The translations under genes were made by a program, and so were the position numbers. A DNA stretch of 64,000 nt from positions 45,510,001-45,574,000 of the forward strand of contig NC_087447.1 of NCBI RefSeq assembly GCF_036321535.1, in the 5' to 3' direction. This document shows positions 39,123 to 52,240 of this stretch, one piece after another. Origin of the DNA: Camelus dromedarius. Lineage: Eukaryota. Every line of letters starts with the position of its first letter. Position 1 is the stretch's first letter. The notes under the pieces were generated by a model. The model made no database searches and was not told the DNA's origin. It saw only the letters and a program-made list of their open reading frames with translations.

Positions 39123-41129
39123 ATGAGCAGTATCCTAACAGAGAAAGACTGCCTCATGCAACAAAGAGCTTGCTGATATTCCAAATGCCTGCAAAGACTC
39201 TATTTGACCACTGATTCTTCTGAATTATATGGACTATTAGGTTGGATAACCTCAAAAACTATTTCTGCTCTATGATTTGAATGAAGATATACTGAACAAT
39301 ATTATCAGTAAAATAAACTTTGAAATAGGTAACTCTTCTCATTATTTCTTAGCCCAGTGGTTCATATATTTCAGTCAGAGAAGTTTGTAGTCTTAGAGTT
39401 CATTCTGGGCAAAGCAAAGTGCTCGTTGTTACCATCTATGTATGTATCACCCTTGACAGGGTGATAGCTATTTACTGAATCTACTTTATCCTTAACTTTT
39501 TGAAGAGCTGGAGATACACTGTGAATTAAACAAAGTTCTTGCTTTCACAGTGGTTTGTTTTCTTAATGTTGAAGTAGAAGATGACATGAAAGAAACAAAC
39601 AATCATCTAATATTGCTGTTGAAAAGAACTATAAAACCATGAAATTTACAATGTCAACACTTTGATATATCAAAGTTTCTAGTACCAGATTCTAAAAACC
39701 ACCATCATTTATAAAAAATGTATAATGTTTAAATTCAGTCTTTCAAGTATGCTCTCACTGACTTCACAGCATCTGGACTTTGGCCTTGAGATCTCTAGTC
39801 CCACTCCTTCAAAACCCTCACCTTCTATAAGTCTATGATAACCATTGTTATTTCATTGTCTTTGATATTTGCTATAGATCACACATACTCCAGAAAAAGG
39901 CCATCAATGTTTATTCTTTCTTGTGTTTTATATTTTTCAACTCTAAACATAACTTTGGAATCAATTTAAATATGTTTATATTTCCTACTCTTACACTCAT
40001 GTGTTTGAATTCTAATTAAGACTAAAAAATGTTAATATTTATATTGTAGTAAGTATAAATGAATTATCTTTAATTTTTCCTTCAGTGCCTAAATACATAT
40101 TTTTTAAACCCTTGACGACATTTTACATAATCTACAGTAGCAATTTCAAACGTTCACAACTCTTCACTAGGACGTACGTAAATGAATCTATTATCTAGCT
40201 GTGCCCTCAAATTCTTCCTTCCCATATCAAAGACGTATTGTTAAACTCCTTTATTCAAAGAAGATCAAACTTTCTCTACTTTTGAATTCATTTATTTCAA
40301 TATTATCAGAGGTGTTCATGTTTGCCTGCCTCCCCATACTTTTTTCTCTTTTGTTTATATATTATTACATAATAGTTCAAGCATACAAAAGATGTATAAA
40401 ACGATACAACAACCTGCATATATTTTTCTACTTGGTTCCATTGAACATTTTGCCACCAACTGAGTCCAAATTTCTTAAGTAAAACAAGTTACAATGAAGG
40501 AAAAGATTTCTTGCTAAATCAGAGACCTCAAAGTCAAGTCACAAAAGTAATCACACAAATTTAATCTTCTTGTTTGTTCTTCCCTTCCTTGTTTTATTAT
40601 ATTTAATGCATATGTGTGTATGTGTGTATAACAAGTATATGCATAAGCATATATAAAAAGAATATATATGCTATATAACATTATTTTAAACACTTTCCCA
40701 AAAAGTCACCACCAAGTATTTTTGTCACAAATATGTTTTTGAGTTTCACCTGTATTGTCACATGCAACATGAAAAATTCATTTTCATTGTTGTAAACATT
40801 CCTCTGTTGTTCAGAATACAAGAAGGAGTTCTGGAGATTCAGTTCCTCCAGCTAATCCTGCCTCTTTCTCTACCCTGCACATCACCATTCGTAGGATAGA
40901 AGAGGTCCCTAGAACTCTACATATTCATCCCATCTGCTTAACATCCTGTGACTCAGCCCTGATCTCTGGGTGAGATCTTCTGGAGTAATTTCATTATACC
41001 TGCTCTTCCTGTATATATGACTCTCATCTCATCCATTGGCTTTAATTCTCATATGGCTGCATAAAATTCCTTTTGACTTATATTCTGCTGTTTCAACCAA
41101 ATTTTTATCCTGCCTCTAAAGTTTCCTCC

Positions 41130-41580
41130 AGCAGTAGGCTTAATCTTGGCCCATGAAATGTCTCCACATCAGAATGAATGTGTTACCTACATGGCAAAAG
41201 GAACTTTGCAGATGTGATTAAGTTAAGGATCTTGAGATGAGATTACCCTGAATTTACTAAATGGGCTTGAGATAATCATAGGATTCTTATAAGAGGGAGG
41301 CAGGATGTCTGAGAGAGAGAAGATACTACATTGATGGTTCTGAAGGTTGAGGAATGAGGCCATGAGTCAAGGAAGGCAAACACTCCTGAGAATCTGAAAA
41401 AGACAACAGTTTCTTCTCCATAGTCTCCAGAAAGAGCTTGTCCTACAGGTACCTTGATTTTAGCCCAGTAAGGTTCATTGTGGATATTTAATCTCCAGAA
41501 CTGCAAGATAACAATACTGTGTTGTTTCTAGACACTGAGTTTGTGGCCATTTGTATCAGCAGCAACAGGAAATTAATACA
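41130..41580 (+). mobile_element. MLT1 (MaLR) solo LTR, MLT1D-like
   Basis: tgttacctacatggcaaaaggaactttgcagatgtgattaagttaaggatcttgagatg ... cagcagcaacaggaaattaataca. Confidence 0.9.
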
Positions 41581-42139
41581 TTTTTCTTACCAAGGCTGAA
41601 TTTACTCCACTTCTGTAACTAGAAAAAAATTATCTCCAGTGACCCCTTTTCCACTAGCCCCTTCACAACAGTTTAAAAACTTATCTAGGACTTTTCATCA
41701 GATAAAGTTGTATTAATCATATGGCCATCTCTAAGCACTTAATCTAATTTTTCCCTTTGGCCCACAATTAATCTACATAAAAACATTTGCATAAATTGTT
41801 CTACTCTTTTTCTTGTCAAATCATTTTAAAATATCTTATGGTGGAATATAAAACACATACAGAGAACTTCATGTGATAAACGTGCAATCTGACAAAATGT
41901 GATAAATGTGCATTTTTGTAAAATGATAATCCATGTAAATATCACCTTAGTAAGGAAATAATAAATTGTCAACATCCAAATTTCCTCTGCAGCTTTCCTG
42001 AATATAACCTCACCACTGTCACTATATTAAATCAGTATATTGACTTTTATAGTGTTCATTTTTTATTGTGACTATTTAAGTGTACCTCCTTAAAGAATAT
42101 AGTTTACTTGTAATTAAACTGAAGTAAAAATTGTTTTCT

Positions 42140-43000
42140 CTTCCACTCCACGTACAATCATATTTTGTCTCTACTGCTCCATTGAAATTGCTTGGGCAAA
42201 GGTCACCAGTGAACTCTAAATGACCAAAATCAAATACCCTATTTGGAATCCTGCCTGTTCATCACTGGACCTCTGGCTGATACTTCATGCTATTGCCTGC
42301 TAACTTCTTATTAAATATCTGTGCTTTGTTGGCTTCTCCAGTATCTCTGCATTCTGGTTCTTCTCTGATCTCTCTGGATAATTCTACTTACTGCATTTTC
42401 TGCCAGCCCCCTGAATACAAATGTTTCCCTCAATCCCAAACTCACCCTCTCCCCTGGATTCTAGGCAGGTTACTGCCTCACTCCTGGATAACTCCCTGTG
42501 TGTGCTACACGGAAATCTTAAACTCAAAAGCCCCAAATACAACTTCCTGTCTCCTGCTCCGTCCTCAGTGCTACTTCCTCATGCTCCCACTTTTGAGTTC
42601 TGCATTGGTGTGAATGGCATGTCCATTCACTTCTTCACTCCAGCCAAAAGTATGAATTATCTCCTAGGTGGTCCTCTCCCTCCCTCACTCATAATTTCCA
42701 ATCACTTACTAATATTGTAGATTTTCTTTGTTAGTATTTTGCTGTCAGTGCTCACTTTTACATTCCACTGTTCCTGCCTCAATTTAGACCTGAATAATTA
42801 AGCAGATTATTGAACCGTTCTGCTGGTTGGCTTCTCTGCCTTCATTCTCAACCAACTCCAAGAAGAACTGTAAATAGCTTTCAAATCTAAACATGATTAT
42901 GGAGCACACTTGTTTAAGCTTTTTCATTGCTCCTCTTCACTTACAGATTAGTCTGTGCACACAACTACGTCTGTTATTCTTTGATAATTTTCTAACTTGT
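42140..43000 (+). mobile_element. L2 LINE fragment
   Basis: tccattgaaattgcttgggcaaaggtcaccagtgaac; aatggcatgtccattcac...ccagccaaaa; pyrimidine-rich. Confidence 0.7.
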
Positions 43001-43309
43001 CATGTTCATCTCTGACTATATATTCTATGCTCTGAAATGAGTAACTTTCCCATTTAACCATCTGATTATCTCTAGCAAGCTCTTACAATTGCTACTGCAA
43101 TACTCTTTTCTTTAAATATTCTTCTTATTTTTTAAGGGCCCATAAAGTGCCACTTAGTTTTGAATTGATAATTGCAGTCCTAGTTTGTCACCTAAGATTA
43201 GAATGATTTTTATGTCATATTGGAAGCTAGTCATGTTTCACACATGCTGAATGAAAACATTTCTAACACATGATCAGTATGGTCATGGCAAACTCCTGAA
43301 AATGCACAG

Positions 43310-43888
43310 AAGATCCGCATAAGAAAAAAGTTAATGCAACTGATCTGTTTTATTCAGTTCTTGCTGTTCTCTGTAGTCATATCAATGGCTGGTCCTTGAC
43401 CAGATTCTGAGAACTAATCTTCTGGAATCTTCATATAGTTATTGAGTAATAACAGCATTATCTATGCCCAAAGCTGTAGGTCAAGATGAACCAAGTTGTA
43501 GCACACATATAACCTTAGAACTTACTACAAATATCACATGTGTTGCCTGGTTTGGGGTCTACATATTCTGGTCATGTGACAGTTGATGTAACCAGCTCCC
43601 TTTAAGAACTCTGGACTCAGAAACCCAAGCAGGATTCCCTGGATAGAAACATCTCTCATGTGTCTGTGAGGTTTGTAGCTACAGTGACCCTAGAAGAAAG
43701 AGACGAGATACTTGGAAGGCTGTGTGTGACTTCTCTAGCCTTCCTCTATGCATACCTTTTTTCTGCTGTTCCTACACGGTGTCCTTTGCTGTATGAAATC
43801 TTAGCCATGAGTATAACTTTATTTTGAGCTGCATAAGTGTTTCTAGTGAATCACTGAACCAGCTTATGGTTGTGGGACCCCTGAGATG
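43310..43888 (+). mobile_element. MER21/MER77-like LTR
   Basis: cctttgctgtatgaaatcttagccatgagtataact...ctagtgaatcactgaacc...gtgggacccctga 3' end. Confidence 0.7.
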
Positions 43889-44559
43889 GTTCTTCTACTT
43901 CATGCCCAGTGTGGTCCCTACCTCACTTGTCTGGAACATTCCTGTCTATCTCCACACAAGATTTGTGTCTTACAGCACTCTTTGCTTCTAAACAAAATCC
44001 AGCCTCATTTCATATGCTGTTAATAAAACACTTTTATCTCCTTACCCCTCAAATCCATTCCTCAGTAAATATAAAGAACTCACTTTGAGGAGGGATGGAG
44101 GGCAGAAGGGACAACACAAGGGGAAAGTAAGCTCTATATTATTGTAACAAAGACTGATCAGTGCAAAATGAATTTATCTTGGAGGAGCTGTATTATTATC
44201 TAATATTATGATTAATGCTGGAGATACTCCACTCTCACTCAAAAAAGATGTTTATAATTTAAGAAAAAACACTGCTTGATTTGGAGGAGGAGGGTTGGAG
44301 GATATAAAGGACTGTATGTCCCAAAGATCTAAATGTCATGCCAGATGCTTCTAGGTCTAGAATATCTATGACCTATGTGATACATTCTATCTCTAAGAGT
44401 TAAAAAGGTCTTTGTCTGGAAACAGAAGAAAGCAAGCCTGAAGCAGAACTGGGTGTGTGTTCTAAGCTTATGTCATCTGGAGAGCTGGCAGAGACCCACC
44501 AAAATGAGCATTGGACCACTCTGTCTGGCACATGCACATTTGATGCTTCTCTGAGACCC

Positions 44560-44716
44560 TATACTACAGGGATTGGGTGTAAGTCTTCAGGGAGAGCCAG
44601 AACAGCGCTTTATAAACCTGCTCACTTGCCACTGAGCTCAGGCCAGGAAGCCTCATGGATCCCTAGCTGCACCACCATCCAGAGAAGTTGTGTCCCTGAC
44701 CTGGGTCTGGTGAGTG
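44560..44716 (+). promoter_or_regulatory. Putative promoter / first exon of the 48.5-kb OR
   Basis: O/E-like TTCAGGGAGA near 44586, TATAAA near 44611, donor CTG|GTGAGT at 44710. Confidence 0.4.
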
Positions 44717-47700
44717 AGAGAAACACCTTGAGCGAGTTTAGCTCACATCATGTTGTATTATACTCAGGATGGGAGTCAAGAGAAGTCACATGCTAGTCTA
44801 GATATGGGTGGAAGGGAAGGAAGGTAGGAAGGCTGAAAGGGAGGGAGGAGGAAGAAAGCAACGAACAAGCAAACAAAGGAACAGAGGAAGGAAAAGAAAG
44901 AAAACTGGAAATATGATTTTTAAATTTCACACTACACTGTAAAAGAGGCAACACCAAATATTTACCAATGAACCTTTCAAGATGAAGAGTTATGGAGCTT
45001 TCTTGTCTTAAAAGAAATAATTTAAAGGACTGACACTACTGAATCTAGCCTATAAGATTTTTTATAAGCGTAATAGGTCTGTACTTATTCTCTGAAGAAC
45101 TGATATGACCTAGTTTAATGCAGTGTTTCTTGGGCCATGCAAGAAACTCCTGGACTCCATTTGGGTGGCTTTAGTGCTATGGAGCATCATTAGCACCTTT
45201 AAAGATCTGCATAGCCCGAGAGCCTCCTAGCATACAGGCAATGTAGCAAAATTTCTCAGAAAGTTGTACATTTAAAAAAAAAAAAGACTTTTGTAAGTCA
45301 AACTTACACTATCTTCTACACATATTAGACACTGTCCAACAAAATGTCATAACTGTTTGGTTTCTAATGATGAGACACTTAGAGGGAACATTATCCAGAG
45401 AGAAACGTGCATTTGGCCTGCAATGCAAGCTCTGGCCTTTGTCCCGAGGTGTCATCTCTTCCATTCCTAAGTAACTCCCACCATTTTAGAATTTCTTTGT
45501 GAGCAAATCCAGACATTTTGTAATGTGTGTTTCTTCTCCACATGTAGATGAATCGTTTAAGTGTATAGCTGCTCCTTACTAAATATTAAACATACAAAAA
45601 TCCTTTCTGATTATGGGAGTAAAAAAAATATCCAAGTGGCTGATTTTTTCAGACAAGAATGCAGACTGGAATCCTTCAACACAGGTAAAATCTAGATAAT
45701 CAGTTATTAAGTGAGGCTTAGAATATTCACAGATTCAATTCAGGAAGGTAGAATTCCTTCATTACTTATCATAGTACAATGAACGGCTTTCTAAGACAGA
45801 CTTGCACATTCTTTTTAGAGATGTTGCAGAGTCTGTTTAGCAGAAGTTGGACAAGATGACTCTGAAAAATATTAAAAACTTTTTTTATGATTCTTGGGGA
45901 GCAAAGCTCAAACTAAAAGATGGCATTTTTTGTTGCTCACTTCGTGACTGAAAACATCTTGCCCAGTTTTCATACAGGAGGGATGACATTCCCATCTGCT
46001 CACACTCAGCAGGGGCAGCATGGGAAAAGTAAGCAGGGAAATGCTATTAACCTCTGATTATATCTACTGAGTCCTTAAACACTTCCCACATGACTGAGGC
46101 ATACTTCTCTCTTCTCACCACTAATGTTCACACCTAATTCGGGTGACGTGCTGTTCTTTGGATAACTATGCTTGATCAGAATTTGGCTTCATGTATCCTA
46201 TTATCTCTCTGCAAGTCCAGATAGTGTGGTCAACCCAGGATAGTCACTGAATTTGCTGAAAGAATTAGTTCATACCATTCCAAGATGCAGTACCTACTAT
46301 TGTTTTTATTCCCTTGCTTTCCTGTCTCAGGTAATTCCCTGCATTCCAAGTGTCCCTGATTCTTCTCACCCAGTTTTATGTTTTGTGGATCCATTCTTCT
46401 TGGGAAGGTGGAAATTGCATTTCTGATGTGACTGGGTCTTTATATGGTTCAGTACCTCTCCCTGGACAGAATCAGACACATGGGCTGAATCTACACCCTA
46501 CGTCTATGCTTAAAGTCTGAGAGCAGCAGTTTCTCTTTTCCTGACATACTTAGAAGGTGGAGTCAAATCAAAGCCTTCGCAGTAGCCCCGAAGACTTTCC
46601 CCGTTTGTGAACTGATCACCAGCTTGTCACATATCATCTTACGTCTTCTGAATATAAAATTATCTTCTTTCCTACTCTTATGATGTTTCAGGAGTTGATT
46701 TGCTATTTTATTTATACCAGTGTGTTAAATATCCTTCCAGGAATATTCATGCTGGATCTTAGATGTTTTACTTTTATTAATAACAATGTATTTTCTACAT
46801 TTATGATAATTTCAGTCTATACATTTTGTTGGGTTGCCTTTCCTGTTTGCTGAAAAAACACTATAGTAAAAAGTCTATAAATAAAACTTTTCAGAAGCAG
46901 GTTCATGGATACAAAGTCTACTCATCACCTACCTCTCCCTCTGTAACCACAATTCATAGAGTTTGTATTAGGACAATATAGATTCCTAGGACTCACCCAC
47001 CCTCACGTCCTGATAAGTGTACCCACACAAAAACCCAATTTTCTTCTTTCTATAACACATCTTTTCTCAAATAAGATATGCCTGCATCTGCTTGTCCTCT
47101 TTTTTTTTACAGGTGGTACTTCTACTTTCTTCTTAGCTTGCCTTATAATTACTGCCAGAATTTTTTTAGTATTCATTTACCTTGCTTGTTTTGGTGCTGA
47201 TACCATTGTTGACCTTTCACAGAATTTCTTCATTTGGTTTCCCTTAGACTAACAGTTAACATGGGAAATGGGGATTGTGGGTATTCCTTATGGCTTTACA
47301 AGGCAGCATTATAGTTAGTTTATGAAAAATAATTAGAATATAAAGAGGATTATTTAACTGATAACAGCTGCCACATAACTGACTACCTCAGAAGATGTTG
47401 AGAACTTCATTGTTAGGAGAATTTTCCCAAGAAGTTGACAAAGGAAATCATCATTCAGTGTGAACTTTATATATGTGACCAAAGTTTCTTTTGAACTCTA
47501 TGTACTCAGATTTTACATTTTACTTTATTTTTTAAAAGTAACTGTCCTTGAAGTTATCCAGGACTATGAAAAAGGTGAGTCATGGAGAACAGGATGTTAA
47601 TTCACAGTTATAAAATTTTATATATCCATGGTAGTGACCACATGAACTAGTTTATGAATGTTTCTGTGTTAATCAGTGGGTTACCCGACCTTCAAAGACA

Positions 47701-48462
47701 TAAGCTATACACTGCTTGTTATTTTACTACTGAAATTGAGCACATAACAAGAGCTCAGTAAATGTGTGATGGCACTGAGAACATACTGCATTTCCAACTT
47801 ACAAATATTATCTAGTCTTCATTTTCTTTCTCTCACATGTTGGTAGCAGCTATTTAGAACAATTTGAGAGAGCTTTAATGCCGATTAAGAAAGAACTTAT
47901 ATCTAGTCAACATACAAATCTAGCTCAGTCTTCCTGATGTCTTCTTGTCACAGATACTATTTTTTTATATCCTGACTGTCTTTCAGGGCAAAGGATACAT
48001 CTGGTAATATCAGTTCAGAGACAGTATTAACATTCTTATATGGACTTTATTTTCTAGCTCCCAAGCAGTCATTAAATACAATTATCCATATCTCAGTTTT
48101 TTTAGAACCCTATATTATGGTACAAAAATAAATTTAGATAATGCACATGGCCTTGTGCTCTCAGTACAGGGTTTCCCTTTGCATTTTTAAACCTTAAAAT
48201 ATCATCATATTAGGAAGGAATTTTCTATATTTAAAAGGCCAAATTTGCTCCTGTAAACTAGGCAAACCACCACGAGGGGAAGCACTACCTTCGGGGGGGG
48301 GGGGGGTCTAAAAACTAAGATTCAGTTCTGAGAAGAGGAGAGCACTATCACCCTGCAGGGACAGGCCATGGGTGCCATATGTGATGAAATGGTAGAAAAA
48401 ATGCTGCAAAAGAATAAAATTTTGCTGTTTTGAAAATTTTTAAGGGCAAACTTCTCGGAGTT

Positions 48463-49410
48463 ATGGCCACTGCTACCAACAACAATGCCAGCAGCTTCTT
48501 CTTCATACTGATGGATCTCTCAGGACTGGAGGCTGCTCATGGCTGGACAGCTATTCCTATCTGCTCCATCTATGGTCTCTCTTTGCTGGGCAACATCACC
48601 ATCATGCACGTTGTCAAGTCTGTGCCCAGTCTCCACACCCGCATGTACCTCTTCCTCTCCATGCTCTCAATGGCTGACTTGGGCCTCTCAGCTTCTACAC
48701 TGCCATCCATGGCAGCTGTCTTTCTCCTAGGCCAGAGGAAGGTAGGAGCTGCAACCTGCTTTATGCAACTCTTCTTCATCCACACGTTCTCAGTCATTGA
48801 ATCATCAGTGCTATTGGCCATGGCTTTTGACCGCTGGGTGGCTATCCGAGAGCCCTTATGCTATGCCACCATTCTCACAACCAAGTGCATCAGGGCCATT
48901 GGGCTGGCCACTGTGACCCGCAGTGCTGCCCTTCACCTGCCCCTGCCTGTACTCCTCAGAAGACTGCAATGCCAGCCTGTGAATCTTCTGTCTCATTCTT
49001 ACTGTGTTCATCCTGATGTTCTAAGGCTGGCCAGTTCCAGCACTCGTGTGAACAGTGCCTTTGGACTCTTCATTATGCTCTCCACGTTGGGGATGGATGC
49101 TATACTCATTCTCCTCTCCTATGTGCTAATTCTGAAGACAGTATTGAATATTGCTTCCAAAGCTGAGCGGCTCAAATCCTTCAACACTTGCATTTCCCAC
49201 ATTTGTGCCGTACTATTATTTTATACCCCACTAGTCAGCTTGTCCATGATCCATCGCTTTGGGAAAAAGAAGCTGCCAGCTCAGCTATACATGCTTCTCT
49301 CCTATCTGCACTTTCTTGTACCTCCAATGCTCAACCCAATTGTCTACAGTGTCAAAACCAAAGAGATTCGAATTCGCATTCTGAAGATACTCCACCCTCA
49401 AAAGCTCTGA
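48463..49410 (+). CDS. Open-frame class I (OR51-family) olfactory receptor with atypical motifs, 315 aa
   Basis: First ATG at 48463 (the track start at 48430 is TTG). MAFDRWVAI, LSHSYCVHPD, KSFNTCISH, HRFG, PPMLNPIVYSVKT; NAS sequon. Confidence 0.87.
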   Translation: MATATNNNASSFFFILMDLSGLEAAHGWTAIPICSIYGLSLLGNITIMHVVKSVPSLHTRMYLFLSMLSMADLGLSASTLPSMAAVFLLGQRKVGAATCFMQLFFIHTFSVIESSVLLAMAFDRWVAIREPLCYATILTTKCIRAIGLATVTRSAALHLPLPVLLRRLQCQPVNLLSHSYCVHPDVLRLASSSTRVNSAFGLFIMLSTLGMDAILILLSYVLILKTVLNIASKAERLKSFNTCISHICAVLLFYTPLVSLSMIHRFGKKKLPAQLYMLLSYLHFLVPPMLNPIVYSVKTKEIRIRILKILHPQKL

Positions 49411-49866
49411 GCCACAGGGATAAAATAGTGATTGTGATAATCAGCCTGCTGACTGAAGACATCTCAGAAAGGAGCCAGAGAGTGCCTTCCATCGGATCTA
49501 ACAATTAATCATTCAAAACAGACTGAAATGCATTATGGTGTCTTTCAAGCCATCAAAGCAGTGCCTGTTTGATGAAAAAAATAAAAAAGAAACATGTTTC
49601 TTATTCTGCAAACGTCATTATCAGTCTACAAAAAACTCAGATTGTTACAGAGGAAACTGACAGCCTCTTGAGAGTATCATTTACATGTAAAGGCAAGTAC
49701 ATCAGAAGAGTTGGGTTCAAAAATGATATCTAAGACCTTTTCCAACTAAAAACCTAGAACCATACAAAAATTAAACCTAAGAGGGCCTCACTTGTACTTT
49801 CTGAAAATTTGACAAATATGTGAAATTAAAAAAAATGTTTTTCCTAGAGTTAAGTCTATTTTCCTG

Positions 49867-50480
49867 AAATAGACTTAACTCTAGGATCCAACAATCCCAC
49901 TCCTGGGTATATATCTGAAGGAAACTCTTAATTCAAAAAGACACATGCACCCCACTATTTACAATAGCAAAGATGTGGAAGCAACTTAAATGTCCATCAA
50001 CAGATGACTGGATAAAGAAATTGTGGTATATTTATACATGGAATACTACTCAGCCATAAATAAAATAATGCCATTTGCAGCAACACGGATGGACCTAGAG
50101 ATTGTCATACTAAGTGAAGCCACGAAGAGAGAGAAAAATTCCATTGTTGGTATTGGAATCCAGAAAAAAAAAAAAAAAGGAAGGACACAAGTGAATTTAT
50201 TTCCAAGCCATAGACACACTTACAGATATAGAAAACAAACTTACAGTTACCAGTTTGAGATCTTCAGATAATAACTACTATGTATAAAATAGATAAACAA
50301 CAAGTTTATACTGTATAGCACAGGAAACTATGCTCAATATTTTGTAATGGCCTAAAATGAAAAAGAACATTAAAATAATATATATGTATAAATTAATCAC
50401 TATGCTATACACCAGAAATTAACACAACATTGTAAATCAACTATGCTTCAATTAAAAAAAAAAAAAAACTAAAAAAAAGA
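49867..50480 (+). mobile_element. 5'-truncated LINE-1 3' end with poly(A)
   Basis: aatcccactcctgggtatatatc, tgtccatcaacagatgactggataaag, ...gtaaatcaactatgcttcaatt(a)n. Confidence 0.92.
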
Positions 50481-51859
50481 AATACAACATGAATAACATT
50501 GGTAATTTTAAATTCTGATAGCCTCATTAAAAATAATAAGTGAAAATAAATGAGTGAAATTTAATGAGTGAAAATTTAAAAATATGAAAAAATAAAAAGG
50601 TGTTTTTCTTATGATTTGCATACTAACTATACATGTCACTTACACTAGAATATACAAGCCAAGTAGACTATTTCAAAAAATTTAAATGCACTTAAAGAAA
50701 TAAAGATATTAATTATCATAATAGACTGAAGTGTGTCACAATGTGAATATTATACAGCTTAGTATTTCTTTAAGCTCCATAACATATGACCGGTGGATAC
50801 AGCCTTCAACATTCTTCAGCCCTCTGATTATAGTTAAAGCACTGCTCCTTACTTCTAATGGATACATGGGATATTCTGTGCCCTTATAACTACCATGAGA
50901 TGCTATAGTTTTTGAATGATGGATGCCATGTACAATTGAATTTTCTCTGAATTTTAAGGAAGATTTAAAAAATAAGCTAAGTAGTCACTCTGGAAGACCA
51001 TTTTTATGAGAGGTGACTAGGCTTCCACAAACAAGTCAAAGCTGAAGAAACCGATTGGCTCTCTAAGTTATGGTCTCTTTCTTTCTGGATAAACCTTCAG
51101 CTTAACTTCTCTGATAGAATTGATCCATTACAAGCATAACCAGTAATAGGTCAAGTAAGTCTGTTGCTTACATGCTAATACTTTGCATCAAATTGTATTG
51201 TAGTTATTTACAATTTTGGAATGAAAAAGAGAAAGGAAACATATTACCAATATTTGATATTTTTCCCCTACAGAACCATTCATTTAAATAATATTTATTC
51301 ATCTGTGCTGGGCCACTTCCTATGCAAAGCATAAAGAAAATAAATTGTGATATTACTTCCTCGGTGTGAAAGTTTAAATCATCAACGGAAACAAAATTGT
51401 AAACATATAATTTCCCACTAAGTCAAGGTGCATTGGTAGCAGATAGCACAGCTAAGAGTGAGGACACAAAGAAGGATGTGTCCATTTGATTAATGGGATA
51501 TTCAGAGACATACCTTTGAGGTAATGAGTTTTAAGTGGAGACTAGAAAAAATAAAATATTTAAGCATAGCAAATAAAGCCTTTCTTGCTCTGACTTCATT
51601 TCAACAGATCCTGCATTCCAGAAACACAAAAATAGTTGAAGTGCCCATGAACATGTTGTAGTTTCTAACATCTCACCCTAGTTCATCCTGTAACTCCACC
51701 TGGAATGTCCAATGCTCTAACCCCTTTGGCATCCCTGTACTGTACCCCACATATGACATATTATTAAGACACTGCAGATACCTTTTGTTACCCTCCTAAT
51801 ACACTCTCTGTTAAGTTAGCTGACTTTGCTTATGATCTTATAACCTCATGTATCTCTGT

Positions 51860-52240
51860 TCACTAAATTTTAATTTTAACTGCTTTGAGATATAACTGAC
51901 ATATAAAAATGGCACATCTTTACAGTGTCCAATTTGATAAATTTGACATAAATACGCACCTATGAAATCATCAGCACCATCAAGTTGCTTTTTTGTACTC
52001 CTTCCCCAGTACCTTTCTCCACCTAAACTGTCTCAAATACTGAGTTAGTTTCGTTACTACAGATTAGTTTGCATCTTTCGAAAATTTTACATAAATGTAT
52101 TCATAAAGTATATGCTCTTTTTGTTATTGCACTTGCTTTTTTCTCTCAGCATGATTATATTGTGATATATCTATGCGGTTCATGTATTATTCTTTTTACT
52201 GATGAATAGTATTTCACTTTATGGATATACAATGATTTGC
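51860..52240 (-). mobile_element. Old L1M 3' end
   Basis: tttgagatataactgacatataaa...tacagattagtttgcat...gaatagtatttcactttatggatatac. Confidence 0.75.

Noticed and set aside
48430..48462. N-terminal extensions given by the ORF track (also 38112 and 24236)
   Set aside because: TTG starts or positions upstream of apparent splice acceptors; not plausible mammalian starts.
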